DNA of 64,000 nucleotides, taken from assembly GCA_963677485.1 (NCBI GenBank), contig OY781964.1:1248001-1312000 (forward strand). Direction: 5' to 3'. The stretch's first letter is position 1. Every line of letters starts with the position of its first letter. A program made the position numbers and the translations under genes. Of the stretch, positions 19,857 to 29,529 are shown piece by piece. A model generated the notes under the pieces. That model was not told where the DNA came from, ran no database searches, and was given only the letters and a program-made list of their open reading frames with translations. Source of the stretch: Armatimonadota bacterium (lineage in GTDB: Bacteria; Armatimonadota; HRBIN16).

Positions 19857-20699
19857 CTACTTCACAACCGGGTAGCAGGTCACCAGCTTACCCGTCTGGG
19901 TGGCAATCACCTTGATGGTGCTGGTCTGCTTGTTCTTGCGTTTATCATATCGATAGTCATCGTATCCCACAATATGGCCAGCATCGTAATCGCGGCTGAC
20001 ATACCCGTTAGACTCAATCTCTGGCGTGACGATCTCGGCCTGCTTGATGAGTGCTCTGATATCTTCCCCGCCGTAGAAGGTGCTGGCTCCGGCGTTCTTC
20101 GCGCCGCCAGCGGTGTGCCGGTCGATGATGTGCTGCCAGGAACTCGTGGTCACCTCGATGTGCTGAAGCATGCTCAAGATGGCCGGAGTGAATTTGGCGG
20201 GTGCCAGGCTGCGATCTGCCTTCAGCGTGTAGGCGCGCCCCTGGAAGGCGACCGTTGAGCCAGCAGGTATCACACTGAGCAGATCGTGCGACACAGGAAG
20301 CCTGTTTATATCAAGGAGCTGGACGATATCCTTCGGTGTGGGCGGACGGCTGGTTTTGTCAGATGGTCGGGCCGCTTCATATAGTTTAACTGCATCTGCA
20401 CCAGCGATCAGGTTGACCGTGTTGGAGTTGAGCACGCGATACAGCTTGTTGTTGTGTAGAAACTCACTGCCCGGTTTGGCCTGAGCGCATGTGCCAGGCT
20501 GCCACTGCCCTGTGTCGGTCATGAACAGCATCACACGGGTGGCCGATGTAAACTGGGCAGCAAGGTTGGTTTTCGCAGTGGTCGGGGCAGAAGGCACCGT
20601 GGCTGTTTGCTCAGCGCAAGCCAAGCCAATCAGCATTAAAGCCGCCAGCATCGCGATGAGCCAGGCAGCGTATTTGTTGGTCTTGCGGGGTTTCAGCAT
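19857..20699 (-). CDS. Secreted protein with C-terminal polymorphic-toxin-like (putative RNase) domain
   Basis: Sec signal peptide. C-terminal HIIDRH...STF...YDAGHIVGYD...TSTIKVI...GKLVTCYP. Confidence 0.6.
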   Translation of the reverse strand: MLKPRKTNKYAAWLIAMLAALMLIGLACAEQTATVPSAPTTAKTNLAAQFTSATRVMLFMTDTGQWQPGTCAQAKPGSEFLHNNKLYRVLNSNTVNLIAGADAVKLYEAARPSDKTSRPPTPKDIVQLLDINRLPVSHDLLSVIPAGSTVAFQGRAYTLKADRSLAPAKFTPAILSMLQHIEVTTSSWQHIIDRHTAGGAKNAGASTFYGGEDIRALIKQAEIVTPEIESNGYVSRDYDAGHIVGYDDYRYDKRKNKQTSTIKVIATQTGKLVTCYPVVK

Positions 20700-20793
20700 G
20701 TGTGACGCTCCAGAGTCAGGATGGATACACTATACCCTATCACAGGCGAAACGACGATATTCATGACGGTTAGTTTGGCGGGGGGGGGAATTC

Positions 20794-21050
20794 GTAGGGA
20801 TGGGCCTTGTGCCCATCCGAAACCGCAATGTGCGTATTGCCATGACACCACGGATGGCTAGCGGGTAGCCGTCCCAGCGCCCGCCGGAACGCGGGCCGGT
20901 ACTGATCAGCGACGGGTGACAGCGCTCGTACCGGGACGAAGTCACGGACGGGCCGCCGAACCCGTCGCAGCGCGACTGATCGCCCATGCGGCCACGTCAC
21001 AGGCTGGTGTCCATCGATGGGTTCGGATGCCCACAAGGGGCATCCCTACG
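20794..21050. repeat. GTAG-type REP pair enclosing a CGACGGGTGA...AACCCGTCG hairpin element
   Basis: GTAGGGATGGGCCTTGTGCCCATCCGAA ... TTCGGATGCCCACAAGGGGCATCCCTAC. The inner CTGATCAGCGACGGGTGA is shared with the 12223 repeat. Confidence 0.75.
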
Positions 21051-21079
21051 CCGGACGTCGTTGAGGCGGTAAAACCCGC

Positions 21080-21502
21080 TTAGCCGCAGCAGCCGCCAGA
21101 GCAGCCGCAGTCGCTCTTCGCGGGCTTGGAGCCAGCCTTCATCTTCTCTTCGGCTTTGAGAACAACCGCAGCCACATCCTGCTGGGTGTAGTCGAATGTG
21201 TGGCTTTTCTCCACTCCGCAGTCATCGGTGATGACCACATGCACGTCAGGTGTTTTACCGACGTTCTCCAGGGCGATCCTGGTGCAGCCCACAGAACAAC
21301 CGTCGACCGCGATGACGGTCGCGTCTTCTGCGTTGACCATATTCACGAACGTCGGCAGCTTGGCACCGACACCGGCCATACAGCTCATGTTTCCCAGACC
21401 GAGTTGGTCCATCGCTTTCGCCGCATCGTTGGCCATCTGTCCAACATTAGACCCACCACTACAGGCCATGATGATTTGCTTTCCGCCGCAACAACTAGAC
21501 AT
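21080..21502 (-). CDS. DGC domain putative zinc-binding protein
   Basis: ACSGGSNVGQ, SCMAGVG, IAVDGCSVGC. Confidence 0.88.
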   Translation of the reverse strand: MSSCCGGKQIIMACSGGSNVGQMANDAAKAMDQLGLGNMSCMAGVGAKLPTFVNMVNAEDATVIAVDGCSVGCTRIALENVGKTPDVHVVITDDCGVEKSHTFDYTQQDVAAVVLKAEEKMKAGSKPAKSDCGCSGGCCG

Positions 21503-21532
21503 TGCTCATTTCTCCTTGAGTGTAGTTATGAC

Positions 21533-22621
21533 TTACCGAACGTGAAGGACGCCCAGGTTCAGGCTGTTGAACATGAAGCCCACCAGCATGATCCCCACGG
21601 CGACCGTACCAAAGAAAACCGCGATGAGCTTCGGACGCAGCACCTTGCGTAGGATGACTGCCTCCGGCAGACTGAGCCCAATAGTGCTCATCATGAAGGC
21701 GAGGCAACTTCCCAATGCGGCACCTTTGGCCAGAAGCGCCTCAACGATGGGGATTATCCCCGCCGCGTTGCTGTATAACGGCACCCCGACGATGACGGCC
21801 AGCGGCACCGAATACCAGTGTCCAGCACCCAAAATCCCGCTCAGCATGTCGGTAGGGGCGTATCCATGAATGCCCGCGCCCACTGCGATGCCAACGATCA
21901 CATACGGCCAGACCTTGCCCACGATCTCCTTCAACGCTGTGATACCGGCGTCCAGCCGAGAGTTCCAATCTGGGTTCTCGTCGACACCTTCGCCAACGGC
22001 GATCTCGCGGACCCAAGGCTCAATCTCATTCTCCAGGTTCATCTTGCCGATAATCCAACCGGCAATAATGGCCACGGTCAATCCTGCAGCGACATAAATC
22101 GCCGCCACCTTCCAGCCAAACAGACCCGCCAGCAGCACCAGCGCGACCTCGTTGACCATCGGTGCGGAGATCAAAAAGCTGAAGGTCACCCCCAGCGGCA
22201 CACCGCTCTGCACAAATCCGATGAACAACGGCACCGCCGAGCAGCTGCAGAAAGGCGTCACGATACCGAGCGCCGCTGCCATGATGTTGCCCACAAACTG
22301 ACGACCCGCCAGCAGCTTGCGGCTGCGTTCTGGCGTGAAGAAGGTACGCACGATGCCGATGGCCCACACCACCAGGCTGAGCAACAGCAGCACTTTCGGC
22401 ACATCGAAAAAGAAGAACTGCAGCGACAACCCCAAATGCGACTTTTCACCCAGCCCGAGCAGTTTGAAAGCCAGCCACTGGCTAAATGGCAGCGTGGCCC
22501 GATACGCGAGCACCCATACCACCACTGCCAGAGCGGTCAGCAGCAGCCGCTTCTGAAGCGACGGTGCGCCGTTTTGGTTTTGGTCAGGTTTGATTTTAGT
22601 CGTGGGACAACAGTCAGACAT
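21533..22621 (-). CDS. ArsP/DUF318 family permease
   Basis: TPFCSCSAVPLF, FSFLISAPMVNE, GVPLYSNAAG, LSLPEAVILRKV. Confidence 0.9.
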   Translation of the reverse strand: MSDCCPTTKIKPDQNQNGAPSLQKRLLLTALAVVVWVLAYRATLPFSQWLAFKLLGLGEKSHLGLSLQFFFFDVPKVLLLLSLVVWAIGIVRTFFTPERSRKLLAGRQFVGNIMAAALGIVTPFCSCSAVPLFIGFVQSGVPLGVTFSFLISAPMVNEVALVLLAGLFGWKVAAIYVAAGLTVAIIAGWIIGKMNLENEIEPWVREIAVGEGVDENPDWNSRLDAGITALKEIVGKVWPYVIVGIAVGAGIHGYAPTDMLSGILGAGHWYSVPLAVIVGVPLYSNAAGIIPIVEALLAKGAALGSCLAFMMSTIGLSLPEAVILRKVLRPKLIAVFFGTVAVGIMLVGFMFNSLNLGVLHVR

Positions 22622-22623
22622 CC

Positions 22624-23679
22624 TTATACCCCTGTCTCAGCCTTAGGCTGAAACCACTTTCGGCGAAGCCAGAAGGCCGAATTCACCAGCAACAGCATCA
22701 CCGGAACCTCCACCAGCGGTCCAATGACGGCCGCAAACGCCTCTTGGGAGTGGATCGTGAATGAGGCCACCGCCACGGCAATGGCCAGCTCGAAGTTGTT
22801 ACTCGCAGCCGTGAAGCTGAGGGTTACGCTCTGCTCGTAACTGGCGTTCAGCTTGCGGCCCATATAGAACGAGATGAAGAACATCAGCAGGAAGTAGACC
22901 AGCAACGGCACCGCAACCAGGAACACCTGGAAGGGAAGCTCCACGATGGTCTGCCCCTTCAGGCTGAACATCACCACGATAGTGAACAGCAGGGCGATCA
23001 GCGTGAGCGGGCTGATTTTCGGCATGAACTGGCCGTAGAACCACTCATCGCCCTTGCTCCTGCGCAGCATGGCGTTAGTCAACGCACCCGCCGCGAAGGG
23101 GATGCCCAGGTAGATCAGCACGCTATGGGCGATTTGTATGGGGTCCACATCGACCACCGAACCCTTCAGGCCGATGAGTTTGGGCAGGATCGTCACAAAT
23201 ATCCAGGCAAAAACCGAGTAGAACAGCACCTGGAAGATAGAGTTGAAGGCCACCAGTCCGGCTGCGAACTCCGTATCACCCTCAGCCAGCGTATTCCACA
23301 CGATCACCATCGCGATGCAACGCGCCAGACCGATCATGATCACGCCGACCATCAGTTGCGGGTAGTGGTGCAGGAATAGAACCGCCAGCACGAACATGAG
23401 GATCGGGCCAATGACCCAGTTCTGCAACAGTGAAGCCGCCAGCAGCCGCTTGTGTTTGAACACCGCCGGCAACTGCTCGTAGCGAACTTTGGCCAATGGA
23501 GGATACATCATGACGATCAACCCGATGGCTATCGCGATGTTGGTACTGCCCACGCTGAAGCGGTCCCAGAACTCAGCCACATGGGGCACCATCGCACCCC
23601 AGGCCACTCCCACAACCATCGCCAGCAGTATCCATACTGTAAGATACTGGTCAAGAACGGACAGCCTCTTCTGCGTCAT
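22624..23679 (-). CDS. acr3: ACR3 family arsenite efflux transporter
   Basis: [51 protein letters not shown]. Confidence 0.96.
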   Translation of the reverse strand: MTQKRLSVLDQYLTVWILLAMVVGVAWGAMVPHVAEFWDRFSVGSTNIAIAIGLIVMMYPPLAKVRYEQLPAVFKHKRLLAASLLQNWVIGPILMFVLAVLFLHHYPQLMVGVIMIGLARCIAMVIVWNTLAEGDTEFAAGLVAFNSIFQVLFYSVFAWIFVTILPKLIGLKGSVVDVDPIQIAHSVLIYLGIPFAAGALTNAMLRRSKGDEWFYGQFMPKISPLTLIALLFTIVVMFSLKGQTIVELPFQVFLVAVPLLVYFLLMFFISFYMGRKLNASYEQSVTLSFTAASNNFELAIAVAVASFTIHSQEAFAAVIGPLVEVPVMLLLVNSAFWLRRKWFQPKAETGV

Positions 23680-23692
23680 TATCCAGGTTGAC

Positions 23693-23926
23693 CTATTGAA
23701 GCATCTTCTTGAGATCGTTCAGGTTGGGTACCTTGCCACTCACCTTTACCTGACCATCTACCACCAGGGCCGGGGTGCTCATCACACCGTATTTCATGAT
23801 GTCAGCCAGGTTCGTGACCTTCTCCATGTTGATCTCGATGCCAAGTTCCTCAGCGGCTTTGGCTGTCTGGTCCGCTAGGGTATGGCATTTGGTGCATCCG
23901 CTGCCCAGGATTTTCACTTCTTTCAT
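23693..23926 (-). CDS. Small redox-active disulfide protein (thioredoxin family)
   Basis: [23 protein letters not shown]. Confidence 0.92.
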   Translation of the reverse strand: MKEVKILGSGCTKCHTLADQTAKAAEELGIEINMEKVTNLADIMKYGVMSTPALVVDGQVKVSGKVPNLNDLKKMLQ

Positions 23927-23956
23927 CGGTCGGTTCCTCCAGTAAAGATTCTTTCC

Positions 23957-24077
23957 TACTTGGCATAATAGCCAAGTATCATCTGAATGTCAATAGCACA
24001 CTGCTGTCTGGGCGAGATGACTGGTGACATTCAGATGATAATCTATATTTGGCGTGATGGCCAACTTATGCTATACT
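23957..24077. promoter_or_regulatory. Divergent sigma70 promoters with overlapping TTGGC-N6-GCCAA operators (ArsR/SmtB-like)
   Basis: Minus strand TTGACA-N17-TATTAT overlaps palindrome TACTTGGC-ATAATA-GCCAAGTA (23957-23978). Plus strand TTGGCG-N17-TATACT overlaps TTGGC-GTGATG-GCCAA (24049-24064). Confidence 0.75.
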
Positions 24078-24148
24078 AACACCATCATGCAGCCGTAGGA
24101 ACTGAATGACCGCGGTTCACATGACACGATCTTAAGGATCATCACGCA

Positions 24149-24373
24149 ATGAAAAGAGCCATCATCCGTCCCGAGAAGTGCCAGAACTGCACGCCTTGCC
24201 AGATTGAGCTGAACTGCCACATGACGGCGGTCATAAGGGAGGCAGCCAGTTCGCGTCCGTGGATCGACTTCTACCGCTGCGCAGGCTGCATGAAATGCAA
24301 ATCCTACTGCGCCAATAAGGCCGTAGAGGAGATTGCACACCCTTGCGACGGCAAAGGCCGCATGGGCTGGTAG
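24149..24373 (+). CDS. Small 4Fe-4S ferredoxin-like protein
   Basis: CQNCTPC...C and CAGCMKCKSYC. AAGGA RBS. Confidence 0.75.
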   Translation: MKRAIIRPEKCQNCTPCQIELNCHMTAVIREAASSRPWIDFYRCAGCMKCKSYCANKAVEEIAHPCDGKGRMGW

Positions 24374-24442
24374 GTTCTGTGGCAGGCCGATACCGTATTT
24401 AAACGGATGACCACACGGGTCATCCCTGCATAGGAGAACACG

Positions 24443-24619
24443 ATGGCGACCATCACACTTACCGAGCAAGATATCATGCGATTGAAAGTCATTTTGATGG
24501 ATCAAGATAAAGATGATGCCTTCGCCTTTATCCGTGAGCGCATCATACCTGAGCTGCAAAAACAAGAAGGTCAGCAGATGAAAAGTCATCTGGACGGCGG
24601 TAAAGGCTCGATGTTTTGA
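24443..24619 (+). CDS. Small hypothetical protein (58 aa; below the ORF-track cutoff)
   Basis: AGGAG RBS. MATITLTEQDIMRLKVILMDQDKDDAFAFIRERIIPELQKQEGQQMKSHLDGGKGSMF. Fills the gap before arsC. Confidence 0.7.
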   Translation: MATITLTEQDIMRLKVILMDQDKDDAFAFIRERIIPELQKQEGQQMKSHLDGGKGSMF

Positions 24620-24653
24620 TTCTATCGACAAACACCGAACAGATGAGGTAAAA

Positions 24654-25058
24654 ATGCTCGTATTATTCCTTTGTACCGGCAACTCCTGCAGGAGCCAGAT
24701 GGCCGAAGGGTTCGGCAAGCTTTATGCACCCGATGGCTGGCAGGTGGCGTCGGCTGGCAGCAGGCCGGTGGGCTATGTCCACCCAAAAGCGATCGCGGTC
24801 ATGGCAGAAAAAGGCGTCGATATCGCCGGTAACAGCAGCAAGCATCTCAACGATTTTCCAAAACCCGATGTGGTGGTCACGCTGTGTGGAAGTGCAGCCG
24901 AGGAGTGCCCACTGTATCCCGGGGCCCTAATGACCGAGCACTGGGGCCTGCCAGACCCCGCTCACGCCGAAGGCGATGAAGCGGCGGTGTTGAACGCCTT
25001 CCGCAGCGTGCGTGATGAGGTAGAACGCCGAGTGAAGGATCTGTTTGCCCGGCTGTAG
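24654..25058 (+). CDS. arsC: Arsenate reductase, thioredoxin-dependent LMW-PTP type
   Basis: LFLCTGNSCRSQMAEG, TLCGSAAEECP, HWGLPDP, FRSVRDE. Confidence 0.93.
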   Translation: MLVLFLCTGNSCRSQMAEGFGKLYAPDGWQVASAGSRPVGYVHPKAIAVMAEKGVDIAGNSSKHLNDFPKPDVVVTLCGSAAEECPLYPGALMTEHWGLPDPAHAEGDEAAVLNAFRSVRDEVERRVKDLFARL

Positions 25059-25092
25059 CAAATCTCACAGGTAGACCGTCAAGGAGTATGAA

Positions 25093-25587
25093 ATGACAAT
25101 CAAGTGGACCCGCATCGTGCCTTTAACCATTCTCATCGGATCCATCGGCTTGGGTTGCGCCGTGCAGAGCGCAGTAAGCAAGCCGGCTCCGAAAGCTAAA
25201 ACGGGAGCAGTTTGCCCGAAACCTCTGCCCAAAAAGGCAGTTGCGGTAAAGCCTGTTGTAAAAAAGAAGCCTGTCATTGCGGCGAAAACAGCCGTCGGTA
25301 AAAAGCTGCCAAGGTTGCTAGACCTTGGTGCCACTGGCTGCATTCCGTGCAAAATGATGGTCCCTGTTCTTGATGGTCTGGCGAAAGACTACAAAGGCAA
25401 GCTGACCGTGGAGTTCATCGATGTATGGAAGAACCCATCGGCTGCGGAAAAGCACAAGATCCAAAGTATCCCCACCCAGATTTTCTACGACGCCAACGGC
25501 AAAGAGTTCAACCGCCATGTGGGCTTCATCCCCAAAGAAGACATTATGAAGGTATTCAAGGATAAGGGCATTAAATTAGCCCGGTAG
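25093..25587 (+). CDS. Exported thioredoxin family protein
   Basis: Signal peptide, Lys/Pro-rich linker, DLGATGCIPC, IPTQIF. Confidence 0.88.
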   Translation: MTIKWTRIVPLTILIGSIGLGCAVQSAVSKPAPKAKTGAVCPKPLPKKAVAVKPVVKKKPVIAAKTAVGKKLPRLLDLGATGCIPCKMMVPVLDGLAKDYKGKLTVEFIDVWKNPSAAEKHKIQSIPTQIFYDANGKEFNRHVGFIPKEDIMKVFKDKGIKLAR

Positions 25588-25618
25588 GTCGCTTTAGCGG
25601 TCATGTGGATAGCTGGTC

Positions 25619-25700
25619 GTAGGGGCGTCCCTTGTGGGCGCCCTAAACAATTACAATCAAACGAACAACGATTAGGGCGCCCACAAGGGACGCCCCTACG
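25619..25700. repeat. REPIN (inverted GTAG REP pair)
   Basis: GTAGGGGCGTCCCTTGTGGGCGCCCTAA...TTAGGGCGCCCACAAGGGACGCCCCTAC. Near-identical to 58940-59020. Confidence 0.9.
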
Positions 25701-25819
25701 ACCTGTATCTGTTGCAGTCCAGGCTGCCGTGACCGCAAGGGCTGGTGCTTGTTGGTCAATAGACTGGGCTATTAGTAATAGGTAATGATGATCAGCATCG
25801 ACATACCTGACAATGGAGA

Positions 25820-26764
25820 GTGAAGACGATGAACCGAATTTATGTGCTTGCCGCTTTTTCTGCTGCATTATGTGCTGTGATGAGTGTCGCTGCGTGGGCC
25901 GCCGATGCGCCACCGGTCACCAACCCGCAGGTGAAGGATGTGTACCCCTCCCTAGCCTCCAGCGCGTTGACGACTGCTACACTTGGCCCACTCCCGGCGG
26001 GTGTATTGCTGCAGTCCGGTAACTATAAGATAACGCAGAAGGAGATCGATGCTGTAATCGCCAAGTCACCCGCCGCCGGTCGGGCTGAGCTGAAGCGAAA
26101 CCAGTTCTTTCTGCTGGAGAACCAGGCGACCAGCAAGCTTCTGGAGCTGGAAGCCCGCTTCTGGGCTAAGTCAAAGGCATCACCATCTGTAAAGGCCGCC
26201 GATGAGCTCATTACAGATTACCTTTTGGATACGGTGAAGGGTGTTTCGGTGTCGGATGAACAAATCAAGGCCTTCTATGACCAAAACCGGGAAATGGTGG
26301 GCTCTGCTTCCTACGACGACACCAAGGATGAGCTGCGCCAGTATCTGCAAGGCCAAAAGCAACAGGACGCTGTGAACAGCTATGTATTTGCGCTTGGCCA
26401 GCGGAATAGGGTTCTGGTCAATGCGGCCTGGACCGCCAGGCAGGTTGTGCTGGCGATGGATAACCCCGTCGATAAGGCTCGCAAGTCCGGCCAGCTGACT
26501 ATGGTGGACTTTGGTGCGGACGGCTGCCAACCTTGTGAAATGATGACCCCCATCCTGGCTGACCTCAAGACCGAATATGCCGGCAAGGTGAACATCGTGT
26601 TTGTGCAAGTCAGGCAGCAGCAGATACTGGCCGCGCGGTTTGGTGTGCAGAGCATTCCTGTGCAAGTCTTTTTTGATGCCAAGGGCAAAGAGGTATTCCG
26701 GCATGTGGGCTTCTTCGCAAAAGCTGATATCATCGCCAAACTGACCGAGTTGGGAGCGAAGTAG
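25820..26764 (+). CDS. Exported thioredoxin with SurA/PrsA-like N-terminal region
   Basis: Signal peptide, VSVSDEQIKAFYDQN, C-terminal DFGADGCQPC...IPVQVFF. Confidence 0.8.
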   Translation: MKTMNRIYVLAAFSAALCAVMSVAAWAADAPPVTNPQVKDVYPSLASSALTTATLGPLPAGVLLQSGNYKITQKEIDAVIAKSPAAGRAELKRNQFFLLENQATSKLLELEARFWAKSKASPSVKAADELITDYLLDTVKGVSVSDEQIKAFYDQNREMVGSASYDDTKDELRQYLQGQKQQDAVNSYVFALGQRNRVLVNAAWTARQVVLAMDNPVDKARKSGQLTMVDFGADGCQPCEMMTPILADLKTEYAGKVNIVFVQVRQQQILAARFGVQSIPVQVFFDAKGKEVFRHVGFFAKADIIAKLTELGAK

Positions 26765-26766
26765 CG

Positions 26767-27465
26767 TTGGAACAATTGTTCATCACGCTGACCAAGGCGA
26801 TTGAAGGTTCTGTCCCGGTCGCACTGACTGCCGCTTTCATATGGGGCATTCTGAGCGTGATTCTTAGCCCCTGCCACCTGTCCAGCATCCCGTTGATCAT
26901 CGGGTTCATCAGCGAGCAAGAGAACCTGAACACCCGCAAGGCATTCGTGCTCTCATTTTTGTTTGGTCTGGGCATACTGGTCACCATCGCGGTGATCGGG
27001 GTGATCACCGCGTTGATGGGCCGGATGATTGGCGATGTTGGGAGATATGGCAACTACGCGGTGGCAGGCATCTTCTTCATCGTGGGGCTTCATCTGGTGG
27101 GTGTGATCCCGTTGAGCTTTTCCGGTGCCGGGAATATCGGCATGAAGCGAAAGGGGTACTGGGCCTCATTCATACTGGGGCTGGTGTTCGGCATCGCCCT
27201 GGGCCCCTGCACGTTTGCCTATATGGCCCCCGTGCTCACGCTGTCACTCAGGGTGGCCGCCACGAATGCTGCCTACGCGGTGCTGCTGCTGACCCTGTAT
27301 GGGCTGGGGCACTGCCTGGTGATTGTGGCCGCCGGCACCTCGACTGAGCTGGTGCAGCGGTACCTGAATTGGAACGAACGATCGAAGGGCGCAACCATTC
27401 TCAAGCAAGTCTGCGGTGTGCTGGTGATGCTGGGCGGGGTTTACCTTATCTACACCGCGCATTGA
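26767..27465 (+). CDS. CcdA/DsbD transmembrane electron transfer protein
   Basis: SVILSPCHLSSIP and GPCTFAY in a multi-TM protein. Confidence 0.9.
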   Translation: MEQLFITLTKAIEGSVPVALTAAFIWGILSVILSPCHLSSIPLIIGFISEQENLNTRKAFVLSFLFGLGILVTIAVIGVITALMGRMIGDVGRYGNYAVAGIFFIVGLHLVGVIPLSFSGAGNIGMKRKGYWASFILGLVFGIALGPCTFAYMAPVLTLSLRVAATNAAYAVLLLTLYGLGHCLVIVAAGTSTELVQRYLNWNERSKGATILKQVCGVLVMLGGVYLIYTAH

Positions 27466-27659
27466 TGCCTTCTAGACAGAAGATCGGTGTCCTGTAGCCA
27501 TCTACGCTTGAATCTTACCGCATGTTGTCCGTATCTAACACCCTGAACGCAATCACTAGATAGCTGCGCATATGGTGGGTGACTCGGTATGACCATGCAA
27601 AGGCAATTCAGAATGTTAAACCAAGCCATGTATACCGGTTGTTGGCTATTACAGTATAT

Positions 27660-27675
27660 TTGGCTATATGGCAAA
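27660..27675. promoter_or_regulatory. Third copy of TTGGC-N6-GCCAA-like operator
   Basis: TTGGC-TATATG-GCAAA upstream of the fmdE-chrA operon. Confidence 0.55.
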
Positions 27676-27745
27676 ACTACCATATAGCGGTAAACACGCA
27701 GTTGGATTGGGCGTGACTCAATCCGAACAAACAAGGAGACATGAA

Positions 27746-28348
27746 ATGATTGACAAGAACCTGCTTGCATTCGGACAGAAATTCCACGGACACAAATGCC
27801 CCGCTATGCCCATGGGGCTCCGCGTTTCCCTGGCTGCCATGAATAAGCTTGGTGTGGAGCACGCTCCAGACGGACAGCTTGTGGCCCTGATTGAGATTGA
27901 CGAAGACCATTGCGCAACCTGTTTTGCAGATGGTGTGCAGGTGGCCACAGGATGCACACTGGGTAAAGGTAATATTAAGAAGCTGCACTACGGCAAATGG
28001 GCACTAACCTTGATTGACAAAAAGAGCAAGAAGGCCGTGCGTGTCTCTCCCAAAGCCGAAGCGATGAAGAAAAACAAAGAATCCGCCTTCATGAAGCTTC
28101 GATCGTCAGGTGTTCCTGCCTCTCAGGTGCCTGCTGATGTGGCTGACCCACTTGTGGAGATGGTCTCAAATGCGCCTGATGAGATGCTTCTGACCATCGG
28201 TGAAGTGTTCGATTACGAGTGGACCGATGCTCCGCACACCTTTGAATCGGTGGTGTGTGAAGAATGCGGTGAGATGACAGTCACCCGGAATGCACGCGTC
28301 AAGGACGGCAAGATCGTCTGCATCCCGTGTTCAGGCTACGGAAAGTAA
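27746..28348 (+). CDS. FmdE family protein with C-terminal zinc finger
   Basis: FHGHKCP, CFADGVQVATGCTLGKGN, CEECGE...CIPC. Confidence 0.92.
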   Translation: MIDKNLLAFGQKFHGHKCPAMPMGLRVSLAAMNKLGVEHAPDGQLVALIEIDEDHCATCFADGVQVATGCTLGKGNIKKLHYGKWALTLIDKKSKKAVRVSPKAEAMKKNKESAFMKLRSSGVPASQVPADVADPLVEMVSNAPDEMLLTIGEVFDYEWTDAPHTFESVVCEECGEMTVTRNARVKDGKIVCIPCSGYGK

Positions 28349-28402
28349 CCCATATCAGGGTGCTCAGCACCACAATTACCCTTACTGTAGAAAGCTGGAT
28401 TG

Positions 28403-28993
28403 ATGAGACAGAAGCAAGTCGAGAGCTCACATGCACACGGCGTATCCCTATGGGAGATTGCCAGGACGTTTCTGACAATAGGGGCCATCGGGTTTGGTGG
28501 CGGAATGGCCGTGATTGCGCTCATCCAAGAGCGCTGTGTGGTCAAAAAACAGTGGATGGAATCGGATGAGTTCTCGCATGGGATGGCTTTTGGGCAGATT
28601 CTGGGCCCCTTCGCAGTGAACGCTTCGATATTCGTCGGCTACAGGCTAAGGGGGTTAAAGGGAGCGATCGTTGCAGCGATCGCCTTCTTGATCCCCTCGG
28701 TCACACTGGTCATTGGCATGAGTGCGCTTTATAACAGGTTCCAGCATGTACCATCGTTGAAAGCTGCATTGAAAGGGATCGGCCCTGTAGTGGTGGCTCT
28801 CATACTATCTGCAGCATACCAAATGGGCAAAAGCCGTGTCAGAAATATTGAGCCCATACTGCTGATGATCGCAGCAGTCGCCCTAAGCATGTTGCTCAAG
28901 CTGCAGACCATAGTCATCCTGCTTATCGCCGTGCTGTATGGATTTGCTAAACTGAAGTTGGTAAAGGTAGGTGATGCCAATGCAGATGCTTAA
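28403..28993 (+). CDS. chrA: Short-chain chromate transporter subunit
   Basis: FLTIGAIGFGGG, GQILGP, GYRLRG. Confidence 0.88.
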   Translation: MRQKQVESSHAHGVSLWEIARTFLTIGAIGFGGGMAVIALIQERCVVKKQWMESDEFSHGMAFGQILGPFAVNASIFVGYRLRGLKGAIVAAIAFLIPSVTLVIGMSALYNRFQHVPSLKAALKGIGPVVVALILSAAYQMGKSRVRNIEPILLMIAAVALSMLLKLQTIVILLIAVLYGFAKLKLVKVGDANADA

Positions 28994-29525
28994 GTGGCTC
29001 ATGGCACCTGTGTTATTAACGCTGGCTTGGGTATTCTTCAAAATCGGGCTGGTGTTTTTTGGTGGAGGCTTCGTGCTCATTCCCGTCATGCATCGAGAGT
29101 TGGTGACCAATCTGCATTGGCTGACCGACCGCCAGTTTGTAGATGGCGCCGCTATCAGCCAGTTAACACCTGGACCTATTGCGGTTTTTGCCACATTCGC
29201 AGGATACCAGGTAGCCGGAGTGGCCGGTGCCTTGGTCGGCACAGCCGCTGTCTTTCTGCCGGGCAGCCTGCTTATGATCTTCCTGTCGAAAAGTTATGCG
29301 TATATCAAAGATAACCATACGGCACGTCAGGTCATGAATACCCTCATCCCAGTTATCGTCGGACTACTGGTAGCGGCTGCGCTGCAAATAGGCCGGACAA
29401 GCTTGACGGATTGGGAAGGTTACATAGTCATGTTAGTTGCGCTGGTGGCACTCATTAAATACAAAGTGAACCCGGCGTTACTCATCATCGCTACAGCTCT
29501 ATTGGGCTTAATAAGGGGTTCCTAA
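28980..29525 (+). CDS. chrA: Short-chain chromate transporter subunit (partner)
   Basis: FFKIGLVFFGGG, SQLTPGPI, TFAGY. Confidence 0.88.
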   Translation: MQMLKWLMAPVLLTLAWVFFKIGLVFFGGGFVLIPVMHRELVTNLHWLTDRQFVDGAAISQLTPGPIAVFATFAGYQVAGVAGALVGTAAVFLPGSLLMIFLSKSYAYIKDNHTARQVMNTLIPVIVGLLVAAALQIGRTSLTDWEGYIVMLVALVALIKYKVNPALLIIATALLGLIRGS

Positions 29526-29529
29526 CCAC

